Source of the DNA: Chiloscyllium plagiosum
Lineage: Eukaryota
NCBI RefSeq assembly: GCF_004010195.1
Contig: NC_057720.1
Span: 6,241,016-6,275,093, forward strand
Length of the DNA: 34,078 nt
Reading direction: 5' to 3'
Part shown: positions 11,092 to 21,841 of the stretch, piece by piece
How the letters are laid out: each line of letters begins with the position of its first letter
Numbering within the stretch: position 1 is the stretch's first letter
Translations under genes and position numbers: made by a program
The notes under the pieces: model-generated
Told to the model about the DNA's origin: nothing
The model's input: only the letters and a program-made list of their open reading frames with translations
Databases searched by the model: none

Positions 11092-11892
11092 TTAGAGTCA
11101 TTGTCAGGCAGTCATACAGCATGAAAACAGACCCTTAGGTCTGACCAGTGTATGGTGACCATATTCGCAAACTAAACCAGTTCCATCTGCCTATATTTGG
11201 CCTATAACCCTCCAAACATTTCTTATTCATGTACTTGTCCACATGTTTTTTAAATGTTGTACCTGTACCTGCATCCACCACTTCCTCTGGAAGTTAATTC
11301 CATACACGAGCCACTCTCTGCATCAAGAAAGTTGCCTCTTGTGTCCTTTTTAAAACTTTCTCCTCTCACTTCAAAAATAAGCCTCCAGGTTTTGAACTCC
11401 CCCACACAAGGAAAACGACCCTTGCTATTCACCCTATCCATGCCCGTCATGATTTTATAAACCTTGATAAGGTCACCCCTCAACCTCCTATGCTCCAGTG
11501 AAAAAAGTCCCAATCCAGTCTATCTTTGTAACTCAAACATTTCATTCCTGGCAACATCCTAGTAAATTGTTTCTGAGCCCTCTCCATTTTAATAATATCC
11601 TTCCAATAGCAGAGCGACAAAAACTTGACACAGTATCCAGAAGTGGCCTCACCAACATGGTGTATAACTTCAACATGACATCTGAATTCTTACACTTAAA
11701 GAGCTGAGCAGTGAAGGCAAGCATGCTAAATGCCTTCTTAGTCACCCTCTCCACATGTGACGCAGATTTCAAAGAATTATATACCTGAACAGATTTCTCT
11801 GTCCTACAACTCTACCCAGAGCCCTATCATTAATTGTATAAGCACCACCCTTATTTGTTTTACCAAAATGCAATATCACATATTTATCCAAA
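11092..11892 (-). mobile_element. CR1 LINE 3' portion
   Basis: KKAFSMLAF..MLKLYTMLVRPLL and GLFSLEHRRLRGDLIKVYKIM. Confidence 0.9.
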
Positions 11893-12143
11893 TGTAGGGC
11901 TCACGAGTTCAAGGTGAGAGGGGAAAAGTTTAAGGGAGATATGTGTTGAAAGTTCTTTATGCAGAGGGTGGTGGATGCCTGGAACATATTGCCAGCGGAG
12001 GTGGTAGAGGTGGGCATAATAGTGACATTTAAGATGTATCTAGTCAGATACATGAATGGGCAGGGAGCAGAGGGATACAGATCCTTAGAAAATAGGTGAC
12101 AGGTTTAAATAGAGGATCTGGAACGGTGCAGGCTTGGAGGGCT
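11893..12143 (+). mobile_element. CR1 3' fragment
   Basis: Closely matches 19099-19343 ('tcacgagttcaaggtgagaggggaaa...gatacagatccttagaaaataggtgacagg'). Confidence 0.85.
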
Positions 12144-12905
12144 TAGAACATAAAACATAGAACATTACAGCGCAGTACAGGCCATTCGGCCCTTGATGCT
12201 GCATGTGTGAAACCAATCTGAAGCCCATCTAACCTACACGATTTCATTTTCATCTGTATGTTTATCCAATGACCATTGAAATGCCCTTAAAGTTGGCGAG
12301 TCTACTACTGTTGCAGGCAGAGCATTCCATACCCTACTACTCTCTGAGTAAAGAAACTACCTCTGACATCTGTCCTATATTTATCACCCCTCAATTGATA
12401 GCTATGTCCCCTCATGTTAGCCTTCACCATCTGAGGAAAAAGGCTCTCATTGTCCACCCTATCTGACCACCTGATCATCTCGTATGTCTCTATCAAGTCA
12501 TCTCTTAACCTTCTTCTCTCCAACGAAAACAACCTCAAATCCCTCAGCCTTTCTTCATAAGACCTTCCCCCAAAACCAAGCAACATCCTGTTAAATCTCC
12601 TCTTCACCCTTTCCAATGCTTCCACATTGTTTCTATAATGCGGTGACCAGAAATGTATACAATACTCCAAGTGCAACTGCACCAGAGGTTTGGACAGCTG
12701 CAACATGACCTCATGGCTCTGAAACCCAATCCTTCTACCAATAAAACCGAACACACTGTACACTTTCTTATCAACGGGTGGCAACTTTCAGGGGTCTCTG
12801 CACATGGACACTGAAATCTCTCTGGTCATCCACACTACCAAGAATCTTACCAAGTTAAAAATCACACAACACCAGGTTATAGTCCAACAGGTTTAATTGG
12901 AAGCA

Positions 12906-12940
12906 CACTAGCTTTCGGAGCGACGCTCCTTCATCAGGTG
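12906..12940 (-). ncRNA. Minimal type-I hammerhead ribozyme motif
   Basis: Reverse strand: cac-CUGAUGA-A-GGAGC-guc-GCUCC-GAAA-GCUA^gug. Core intact, 5-bp stem II, palindromic AGCU stem III, cac/gug stem I. Confidence 0.8.
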
Positions 12941-13009
12941 ATTGACACCCCAGTCCAACACCGGCATCTCCGAATCATGACTACTATCGACACCACTAAC
13001 TGCCACAAT

Positions 13010-13044
13010 CACCTGATGAAGGAGCGCTGCTCCGAAAGCTAGTG
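13010..13044 (+). ncRNA. Minimal type-I hammerhead ribozyme motif
   Basis: cac-CUGAUGA(13013-13019)-A-GGAGC-gcu-GCUCC-GAAA(13034-13037)-GCUA^gug. Confidence 0.8.
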
Positions 13045-13520
13045 TGCTTCCAATTAAACCTGTTGGACTATAACCTGGTGTTGTGTGCTTTTTAACTTTG
13101 TACACCCCAGTCCAACACTGGCATCTCCGAATCAAGAATCTTACCATTAGCCCAGTACTCTGCATTCTTGTTGCTCCTTCCAAAGTGAATCACCTCACAC
13201 TTTTCCACATTAAACCCCATTTGACACTCCATAGCCCATTGACCCAACTGGTTAAGATCTGTTTGTGATCTTAGATCACCTTCTTCTCTGTCCACTTTGC
13301 CAACAATTTTTGTGTCATCTGCAAACTTACTAACCATCTCTCTTAAATTTTCATCCAAATTGTTTAGATAAATAACAAACAAAAATGGACCCAGTACCAA
13401 TCTGTGTAGAACTCAACTGGTCACAGGCCTACATTCTGAATACAGTTCTCTACCACCACCCTCTGTCTCCTACTGTCAAGGCAATTTTGTATCCAATTGG
13501 CAAGCTCTCCCCGAATCCCA

Positions 13521-13790
13521 TTTTTTCCTGATATTGAGGCAGAGATTATCGTCTTTACACCATGGCAATAAGCTTCCTATTCCATTCCTGTATTCCAACT
13601 CATCTTTGTTTGACATCCAACCCACTACAGTGGTGCCATTAACAAATTTGTAAATGGAGTTAGAGCTGAAATTGGCCACACATTCATGAGAGTGTAAGGC
13701 GCACAGTAAGTGGCTGAGTATGAAGCCTTGCTGGTCCGTGCAAGATCTGGGCGCAGGGGGACTCCATCTGGTCAGTCGCTTTCCGAGACA
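13521..13790 (-). mobile_element. Rex1/Babar-like LINE RT core (5' part of the element at 10376-11088)
   Basis: QQGFILSHLLCALHSHECVANFSSNSIYKFVNGTTVVG..WCKDDNLCLNIRK is a decayed PQG..KFADDTTVVG. It continues as KELVITF at ~11087. Confidence 0.8.
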
Positions 13791-13796
13791 TAAAGT

Positions 13797-14231
13797 CCTA
13801 GAATCACAGAGATGTACAGCATGGAAACAGACCCTTCGGTCCAACCCGTCCATGCCAACCAGATATCGCAACCTAATCTAGTCCCACCTGCCAGCACCCA
13901 GCCCATATCCCTCCAAATCCTTCCTATTCATATACCCTCCAAATGCCTCTTAAATGTTGCAATTGTACCAGCCTCCACCACATCCTCTGGCAGCTCATTC
14001 CATACACGTATCACCCTCTGCGTGAAAAAGTTGCCCCTTAGGTCTCTTTTACATCTTTCCTCTCTCACCCTAAACCTATGCCCTCTAGTTCTGGACTCGC
14101 CCGCCTCAGGAGATGACTTTGTCTATTTACCCTATACACGCCCCTCATGATTTTGTAAACCTCTATAAGGTCACACCTCAGCCTCCGACACTCCAGCCTG
14201 TTCAGCCTCTCCCCATAGCTCAAACCCTCCA
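13797..14231 (-). mobile_element. CR1 LINE 3' end
   Basis: MLPGLEGLSYGERLNRL..RRLRCDLIEVYKIMRG and a typical 3' UTR. Confidence 0.9.
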
Positions 14232-15148
14232 ACCCTGGCAACATAAAGATCAGTTGGACAGTAAATTGTAAATATATAGCAATGAAGGGTTTTGGATAGG
14301 TTAAAAGAGTGGAGAAGGATATGACAAATGGTGTATAATGTGGAAAGTGTAAAATTGTCCATTTTGTTTGGAAGAATAAAAAAGATAGTGAGAAACTACA
14401 AGTTCCAAGATACAAAAGGATCCGGATATCCCAGTGCATGAATCACTGTAAGTTGGTATACAGGTACAGCAAGTAATTAGGAAAGTTAATTGAATGCTAT
14501 TGTTTATTGCAAGGGGAATTGAATGAAAAAGTAAGCAGGTTGTACTTCTGTTATATAGAGCATTGGTGAGACCTACATATGGAGCACTTACACAGTATTG
14601 GTCTCCTTAGTTAAGGAAGAATATTGGAAACAGTTCAGAGAAGGTTTACAGAATGAGTACCAAGAATGAAACAGGTTGCCTTATGAGAAGGGTTTGGATA
14701 AGGTAAGTTTGTATTTGCTGAAGTTTCCAACGATAAGGGGTGACTTGACTAAAGCACATAGATCCTGAAGGGTCTTATCAAGGTGAATGTGGAAACAGTG
14801 TTTCCTATTGTGAAAGAGTCTAGAACTAGGGGGATGCTGTTTATAGAATCATCGAATCACCACAATGCAGAAAGAGGCCATTCAGCCCATTGAGTCTGCA
14901 CTGACCCACTTAGACCCAGCTCCCCCAAACCCTATCCAATTTACCTGGACCATGTCTGACACCTCCCTCCCCTTCCTGGACCTCTCCATCTCCGTTAATG
15001 ATGATCAACTTGACACTGACATTTTTTACAAACCCACCGACTCCCACAGCTACCTGGATTACACCTCTTCCCACCCTACCTCTTGCAAAAATGCCATCCC
15101 ATATTCCCAATTCCTCTGCCTCCGCTGTATCTGTTCCCAGGAGGACCA

Positions 15149-15935
15149 NNNNNNNNNNNNNNNNNNNNNNNNNNNNNNNNNNNNNNNNNNNNNNNNNNNN
15201 NNNNNNNNNNNNNNNNNNNNNNNNNNNNNNNNNNNNNNNNNNNNNNNNNNNNNNNNNNNNNNNNNNNNNNNNNNNNNNNNNNNNNNNNNNNNNNNNNNNN
15301 NNNNNNNNNNNNNNNNNNNNNNNNNNNNNNNNNNNNNNNNNNNNNNNNNNNNNNNNNNNNNNNNNNNNNNNNNNNNNNNNNNNNNNNNNNNNNNNNNNNN
15401 NNNNNNNNNNNNNNNNNNNNNNNNNNNNNNNNNNNNNNNNNNNNNNNNNNNNNNNNNNNNNNNNNNNNNNNNNNNNNNNNNNNNNNNNNNNNNNNNNNNN
15501 NNNNNNNNNNNNNNNNNNNNNNNNNNNNNNNNNNNNNNNNNNNNNNNNNNNNNNNNNNNNNNNNNNNNNNNNNNNNNNNNNNNNNNNNNNNNNNNNNNNN
15601 NNNNNNNNNNNNNNNNNNNNNNNNNNNNNNNNNNNNNNNNNNNNNNNNNNNNNNNNNNNNNNNNNNNNNNNNNNNNNNNNNNNNNNNNNNNNNNNNNNNN
15701 NNNNNNNNNNNNNNNNNNNNNNNNNNNNNNNNNNNNNNNNNNNNNNNNNNNNNNNNNNNNNNNNNNNNNNNNNNNNNNNNNNNNNNNNNNNNNNNNNNNN
15801 NNNNNNNNNNNNNNNNNNNNNNNNNNNNNNNNNNNNNNNNNNNNNNNNNNNNNNNNNNNNNNNNNNNNNNNNNNNNNNNNNNNNNNNNNNNNNNNNNNNN
15901 NNNNNNNNNNNNNNNNNNNNNNNNNNNNNNNNNNN
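15149..15935. other. Assembly gap (N run) inside a PLE
   Basis: Run of N. Confidence 1.
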
Positions 15936-15969
15936 GCTTATCTCTCCACCCTTCAGGCTCTCTGCCTTT

Positions 15970-16005
15970 ATTCCTGATGAAGGGCTTTTGCCCGAAACAT
16001 CGATT
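15970..16005 (+). ncRNA. Minimal hammerhead ribozyme motif in PLE terminal repeat
   Basis: attc-CUGAUGA-A-GGGC-uuuu-GCCC-GAAA-CAUC^gauu. The stem III palindrome ACGU is changed to ACAU. Confidence 0.75.
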
Positions 16006-16717
16006 TTACTGCTCATCGGATGCTGCCTGAACTGCTGTGCTCTTACAGCACCACTAATCCAGAATCTGGTTTCCAGCATCTGCAGTCAATGTTTTTACCT
16101 ATCCCTATAAACCCACATTTCCCATAGCTAACCCACATGGCCTACACATCCCTGGACACTGCAGGGCAATCTATCTAAGCTGCACATCTTTAGACTGTGG
16201 GAGGAAACTGGAACACCCAGAGGAAACCCACACAGACACAGGGAGAATGTGCAAACTCCACACAGACAGTCACCTAAGGCTGGAATTGAACCTGGGTCTC
16301 TGGCACTGTGAGGCAGCAGGGCTAATCACTGAGCCATCATGCCATCCATGTTTATAAACAAGCAGTCACCTATTTAAGACTGAGATAAGGAGGACTCTTT
16401 TCCCACTTTGAGGGCATTGAGAGTTTGCAACTGTCTTCCTCAAAAGGCAGTGGAAGCAGAGCTTTATTTATTATTTTTAAGGCAGAGGTGGGCAGTTCTT
16501 GATAAGCAAGAGGGTGGGAATAAAGACTTACCAGGATATGGAGGAGTTTGGAGTAATCTGATCAGTGATGACCTTATGGATTGGTCTCTCCAATACCCTC
16601 CTTGGCAGGTTTATGGCCTCCTGGAATACCCTGTCTATGAGTCATCACCTAGTTTATGGAGACTGGTGTATCTAACAATAATGTGAGAGATATGACTTCC
16701 ATCAGTGACCGTTAACA

Positions 16718-17038
16718 GGGTGGCACAGTGGCTCAGTGGTTAGCACTGCTGCCTCACACAGCACCTGGGACCCGGGTTTGATTCCAGCCTCGGTCGACTG
16801 TCTGTGTGAAGTTTGTACACCCTCCCCGTGTCTGCATGGGTTTCCTCCGTGTGCTCTGGTTTCCTCCCACAGTCCAAAGATGTGCAGGCCAGGTGAATTG
16901 GCCATGCTAAATTGTCCATAGTGTTAGGTGCATTAGTCAGAGGGAAGTGGGTCTGGGTGGGTTACTCTTTGGAGGGTTGGTGTGGACTGGTTGGGCAGAA
17001 CGACCTGTTTCTGCACTGTAGAGAATCTAATCTAATCT
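16718..17038 (+). mobile_element. HE1-like tRNA-derived SINE
   Basis: A box TGGCTCAGTGG, B-box-like GGTTTGATTCC, (AATCT)3 tail. Confidence 0.9.
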
Positions 17039-17239
17039 TAACTTGAGATAGAACCTTAAATCTTCCAGTATAAGATCTCCAAAATATTACAGTGAAATAT
17101 CTGCTCAAAGGCTGAGCCAAGTCTTGCTGATCTCATGCAATTACTGATAAAAGTAAATCTTTTGTAGTTTATGCAACAGTATACTGCTGCTAAAATTCAC
17201 TGTGGTGCAATCTGAGATGCATACGGAGGATATGGGAAG

Positions 17240-19386
17240 TCATTCGCAATGGTTTTGAGCTGTGCAACAAGATTAGTTTTGAGGGACAGTGCCAGTTTGA
17301 GATTAATGTGAGTTGTTGATTAGAGTGCAGGAGGGACATGTTCCTGTGAAAATGAGGGATAGAAATGGCAAGGTTAGGGAACCATGGATGACAGGTGAAA
17401 TTGTGAGACTAGCTAAGAGGTAAAAGGAATCATTCTTAAGGGCCAGGCGACTGAAGACACACAAAGCTTTGGAAGAATATCGGGAATGTAGAACCAATCT
17501 GAAATGAGGTATTAAGAGGGCTAAAGGGGGTCATGCGATATCTTTAGCAAATAGGGTTCAGGAAAATCCGAAAACCTTTTATTCATATATAAGGAGCAAG
17601 GGGGACAACTAGAGAAAGGATTGGCCCACTCAAGGACAAAGGAAAAAAGTTATGTATGGAGTCAGAGAAAATGGGTGAGATTCTTATCGGGTACTTTGCA
17701 TCAGTATTCACTGAGGAGAGGAACATGACAAGTATTGAGGTTAGGGACAGATGTTTGATTACTCAAGGTCAAGTCAGCATAAGAAGGGAGAAAGGTATTA
17801 AGGTGGACAAGTCCCTGGGTCCAGATGGGATCTATCCCAGGTTATTGAGGGAAGTGAGAGAAGAAATAGCTGGGGCGTTAACTGATATCTTTGCAGCATT
17901 CTTGAACAAGGGTGAGGTCCTGGAGGACTGGAGAATTGCTAATGTTGCCCCCTTGTTAAACAAAGGTAGCAAGGATAATCCAGGTAATTATAGACCGGTG
18001 AGCCTGACAGCAGTGGTAGCAATCTCTGGATCAGTGGTGCTGGAAGAGCACAGCAGTGGTAGCAAAGCTACTGCAGAAGATACTGAGGGGCAGGATCTAG
18101 ACCCTTTTGGAAGAAAATGGGCTTATCAGTGATTGGCAGCATGGTTTTGTGCAGGGAAGGCCATGCCTTATCAACTTTATAGAATTCTTTGAGAAAGTGA
18201 CAAAGTTGATTGATGAGGGAAGGACTGTAGATGTCATACACATGGAACTTCAGTAAAGCGCTTGATAAGATTCTCCATGGTAGGCTGATGGAGAACGTGA
18301 AGACACATGGGATCTAGGGTGTATGAGCTAGATGGATAGAGAACTGGCCAGGCAACAGGACACAGAGAGTAGTAGTGGAAAGGAATTTCTCAAAATGGAG
18401 ACCTATGACCAGTGGTGTCCCACAGGGATCGGTGCTGAGCCACTGCTGTTTGTGATATACATAAATGATCTGGAGAAAGGTATAAGTGGTCTGATTTGCA
18501 AGTTTGCAGATGAGACTAAGATTGGTGGACTAGCAGATTGTGAAGGGGACTGTCAGAGAATGCAGCAGAATATAGATAGATTGGAGAGTTGGGCAGAGAA
18601 ATGGCAGATAGAGTTCAATCTGGACAAATGCGAGGTGATGCATTTTGGAAGATGCAATGCAAGAGCGAACTATACAATAAATGTAAAAGTCCTGGGGAGA
18701 ACTGATGTACAGAGAGATCTTGGTGTTCAGGTCCATTGTTCCCTGAAAGTGGCAATGCAGGTAAATAGAGTGGTCAAGAAGGCATATGGCATGTGACAGG
18801 GTGTTGAGTACAAGAGTTGGCAGGTCATGTTACAGTTGTATAGGATTTTGGTTCAGCCATATTTGGAATACTGAGTACAGTTCTGGTCGCCACATTACCA
18901 AAAGGAAAGGGTGCAAACGCGGTTAACTAGGATGTGCCTTATATGGAGGGCACTAGCTATGAAGAGAGGTTGAGTAGATTAGGATTATTTTCATTAGAAA
19001 GGTTGAGGGGGGGAACCTGATTGAGGTCTACAAAATCATGAGAGTATAGACAGGGTGGATAGCAAGAAGCCTTTTCCCAGAGTGTAGGACTCAATTACTA
19101 GGGGTCACGAGTTCAAGGTGAGAGGGGAAATGTTTAGGGGAGATATGCGTGGAAAGTTCTTTATGCAGAGGGTGGTGGGTGCCTGGAACATGTGCCAGGT
19201 GAGTTGGTAGAGGTGGGGACAATAGTGTCCTTTAAGATGTATCTAGACAGATACATGAATGGGCAGGGAGCAGAGGGATACAGATCCTTAGAAAATAGGT
19301 GACAGGTTTACATAGAGGATCTGGATCGGTGCAGGCTTGGAAGGCGGAAGGGCCTGTTCCTATGCTGTAATGTTCTTTATTCTTTG
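17240..19386 (+). mobile_element. CR1 LINE ORF2 (linker, RT, C-terminus) and 3' UTR, decayed
   Basis: DKSLGPDGIYPRLL..GNYRPVSLT and [37 protein letters not shown]. Tail 'tgttctttattctttg'. Confidence 0.92.
18023..18049 (-). mobile_element. 27-bp PLE family B micro-insertion with a 16-bp duplication
   Basis: 'acagcagtggtagcaa' at 18007-18022 and 18050-18065 flanks 'tctctggatcagtggtgctggaagagc', which matches ~33793-33819. Confidence 0.75.
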
Positions 19387-19829
19387 TACATCCTTTCTAA
19401 AAAAAAACTGCTTGGCACCAGTCAGCCCACGTTCTGCCCAGATAAATCAAAGAAATAAGCGTCTGAAGAGATAACTAGCGTCTCCTGTCAAAGAATTCTG
19501 GACATAAAATCATCTTACAGAGGAGGACTTGATAGTTTTAAGAATGATACATGCTCTGAAATGGTAATCAGCTCTCCAATATCAAGAAGAAAACAACAGA
19601 AAGGTGGCAATGAGAGAAAAAGACTGAAATATACCACAGGATTGTCAGCGCCTGGAAGGAGAAGCGAGGGGTTCACATTGTGGATTGTGAAACGCAGTAT
19701 CAAGGTCAGGAAGAGTGGAGATATCTATTGATGCAGAACTGATACTCAACACACCAGCCCAGTGCAATCATGGCCAGTAACGTGGGAATCTGTGATTCAA
19801 GTTTTTTAATGGTGTGGTTTGAGGAATAA

Positions 19830-20447
19830 GAGATTGAGTAGTCTGGGACTATACTCATTGAAATTTATGATGTGGAGGTGCCGGTATTGGACTGGGGTGG
19901 ACAGGGTCAGAGGTCACATGACACGAGGTTATAGTCCAACAGGTTTATTTGAAATCACAAGCTTTCAAAGGTAAATCTGATGAAGAGCAGCGATGATGAA
20001 AGCTTGTGATTTCAAATAAACCTGTTCAGCTCTAACCTGGTGTCGTACACCTTCTGACATTGGAATTTAGAAGAATGAGAATTTTATGGAAATATTTAAA
20101 ATTATGAAGAGAATAATAAGGTAGAAGCAGGAAGGTAATTTCCACTGGCGGGTCAAACCAGAACTAGGGAAATAGCCTCAAAATAAGGGGGGTCTGATTT
20201 CGGACTGAGTTGAGGAGGAACTTCTTCACCCAAAGGGTTGTGAATCTGTGGAACTCCCCGCCCAGTGGAGGAGTTGAGGCTTCCTCATTGAATGTTTTTA
20301 AAGCAAAGATAGAGAGATTTTTGAACACTAAAGGAATTAAGGGTTATGGTGTGTGGGCGGGTAATTGGAGCTGAGGCCATGAAAAGATCAGTCATGATCT
20401 TATTGAATGGCGGAGCAGGCTCGAGGGGCCCTACTCCTGCTCCTTAT
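19830..20447 (+). mobile_element. CR1 3' end interrupted by a palindromic PLE derivative
   Basis: 'ttgagtagtctgggactatactcattg..ttagaagaatgaga' (RLGLYSLEFRRMR-like) and 'aggaacttcttcacccaaagggttgtgaatctgtggaactccc'. Confidence 0.85.
19868..20057. mobile_element. Palindromic family A variant with degenerate hammerhead and ~12-bp TSD
   Basis: TSD cattgaaattta/cattggaattta (19856-19867, 20058-20069). 19906-19966 is inverted at 19998-20058. CTGATGA at 19977 and GAAAGCTT at 19998. Confidence 0.8.
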
Positions 20448-20449
20448 AA

Positions 20450-20525
20450 CCAGGACACTAGAGAGAACTTGCCTGCTCTTCTTCAAGTGTTAATGTCAAG
20501 GTTCTCTTACATCCATGAAAGGGGT
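20450..20525 (-). mobile_element. Possible DeuSINE (SacSINE1-like) core fragment
   Basis: Reverse strand 'gaagaagagcaggcaagttctctctagtgtcctgg' resembles the Deu core as I recall it. Short and unverified. Confidence 0.4.
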
Positions 20526-20650
20526 AAAACATGGTATCAGAAGTTGGGGCAGAGATTCCACTAGCTGGGTAATTGTTGGGGCAGTGCAGGCCAGAGTTGC
20601 ACATGAGGACTGTAAGGAATCCGGATTGCAGCTGATCCTACCTGAAATGC

Positions 20651-21131
20651 TTTTTGTCATTCATGGAACGAGGGTGTCACTGGCCAGGCAGGATTTATTG
20701 CCTATCCCTAATTGCCCTGAGAGCAGTTGAGAGTCAACCACATTGCGTGGGTCTGGAATCACATGTAGGCCAGACTAGATAAGGATGGCAGATTTCCTAC
20801 CCTAAAGGACATTAGTGAACCAGGTGGGTTTTTTCCCTGACAATTGGCAATGGATTTATGGAAGTCATCCGATTCTTAATTCCAGGTTTTTATTGAATTC
20901 AAATTCCATCATCTGCTGTAGTGGGATTTGAACCGGGGTCCCCAGAACATTATCTGGGTCTCTGGATTAACAGAGGAGAAAGTGAGGTCTGCAGATGCTG
21001 GAGATCAAAGTTGAAACTTTATTGCAAATTCCATCATCTGCTGTAGTGGGATTTGAACCGGGGTCCCCAGAACATTATCTGGGTCTCTGGATTAACAGTC
21101 CAGCGACAATACCACAAGGCCATTGCCTCCC
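20651..21131 (-). mobile_element. Near-complete copy of the second tRNA-derived SINE family (possibly MetaSINE-like, unverified)
   Basis: Reverse strand: head ggaggcaaTGGCCTTGTGG, B box GGTTCAAATCC, core 'ggttcactaatgtcctttagggtaggaaatctgcc', tail 'gggcaattagggataggcaataaat'. Confidence 0.75.
20974..21024 (-). mobile_element. 51-bp PLE family B 3'-terminal fragment flanked by a 74-bp duplication
   Basis: 'ggagaaagtgaggtctgcagatgctggagatca' is the reverse complement of 9938-9970. 20900-20973 equals 21025-21098. Confidence 0.8.
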
Positions 21132-21202
21132 TTTAACAAGCTAATATTTCCCATGTGCCTTTGCCTTTCATATGGAGAATTTGGAGAGTTCTGACTCGAT
21201 GT

Positions 21203-21504
21203 GGGTGGCACGGTGGCTCAGTGGTTAGCACTGCTGCCTCACAGCACCAGGGACCCAGGTTCAATTCCAGCCTTGGGTGACTGTCTGCATGCAGCTGTCT
21301 GCATGGGTTTCCTCCAGGGACTCCGGTTTCCTCCCACAGTCCAAAGATGTGCAAGTTAGGTGAATTGGCCATGCTAAATTGCCCAAAATGCTAGGTGCAT
21401 TAGTCAAAGTGAAATGGGTCTGGGTGGGTCACTCTTCGGAGGGTCGGTGTGGACTGGTTGGGCCGAATGGCCTATTTCCACGCTGTAGGACATCTAATCT
21501 AAAA
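21203..21504 (+). mobile_element. HE1-like tRNA-derived SINE with a small internal deletion
   Basis: A box TGGCTCAGTGG, B box GGTTCAATTCC, tail 'atctaatctaaaa'. Confidence 0.9.
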
Positions 21505-21841
21505 TGTCTGAAGCTAATGGCTATCAAGGAAAGGTTAGGTCATAAAAGCCTTGTTGGATTCCAAGATAACGATGAAACTGACTCCCGACTACACACCCAT
21601 TAAGCATGTACAGACCTAACTCCTGATGAAAATCCCATGCCAAGATTCTACCTCCACCTGACCCTGTGGGGTCTGATCTATCCTCCTGCCCACCCCCCTC
21701 ACCACACTAAGTTTCCACACCTCCCCTTGGTGACCTCCCCCCCTCCCAACACTTTACCCTCTGTTGGATCAACATTGTTTTCTCCTCCCCTACCCCACCC
21801 TCAGACCAGACACCATAGACTCCCTGACCTGACACCTCCAA

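Larger units (their letters stand above)
12853..13132. mobile_element. 280-bp non-autonomous PLE/retrozyme-like mini-element (family A) with two opposed hammerheads and a 14-bp TSD
   Basis: TSD 'caagaatcttacca' at 12839-12852 and 13133-13146. 12853-12944 is the inverse of ~13006-13097. 33-bp direct repeat at 12945-12977 and 13102-13134. Confidence 0.85.
12144..13520 (-). mobile_element. CR1 LINE RT and 3' end, with a ribozyme mini-element inserted at 12853-13132
   Basis: VLGPFLFVIYLNNLD..VSKFADDTKI..KCEVIHFGRSNKNAEYWANGKIL | ..LEYCIHFWSPHY..RRRLRDD. (ATGTTCT)n tail. Confidence 0.9.
14938..16097 (+). mobile_element. 5'-truncated Penelope-like element (RT C-terminal region, assembly gap, terminal repeat with hammerhead)
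   Basis: FTWTMSDTSLPFLDLSI..TDIFYKPTDSHSYLDYTSSHP..KNAIPYSQFL are the PLE RT motifs LPFLD, YxKPT and SxHP. 'cctatcc' is duplicated at 14931-14937 and 16098-16104. Confidence 0.88.
14846..16348 (-). mobile_element. HE1-like SINE (14846-14937 and 16105-16348) split by a PLE
   Basis: A and B boxes on the reverse strand at ~16280-16340. Flanked by TSD 'tgtttata'. Confidence 0.8.
9690..16620 (+). mobile_element. Old CR1 LINE hosting nested insertions (own pieces ~9690-9834, 9971-10375, 14232-14845, 16349-16620)
   Basis: The FADD-like 'tttgttgatgaca' ending at 10375 continues as 'taaagatcag...gtaaattgt' at ~14234. 'tgtttata' is duplicated at 14838-14845 and 16349-16356 around the SINE insertion. 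Confidence 0.7.

Noticed and set aside
14865..16110. 300-390 aa ORFs
   Set aside because: Their length comes from the N run. Only the ~70-aa PLE RT piece is real. The same applies to 25402-26481.
19521..19563. Possible 43-bp exon (cttacag|...|gtaatc)
   Set aside because: Poor polypyrimidine tract, weak donor, no recognisable peptide and no partner exons.
21620..21640. CTGATGAA as a further hammerhead (also ~27110)
   Set aside because: No stem II hairpin followed by GAAA.
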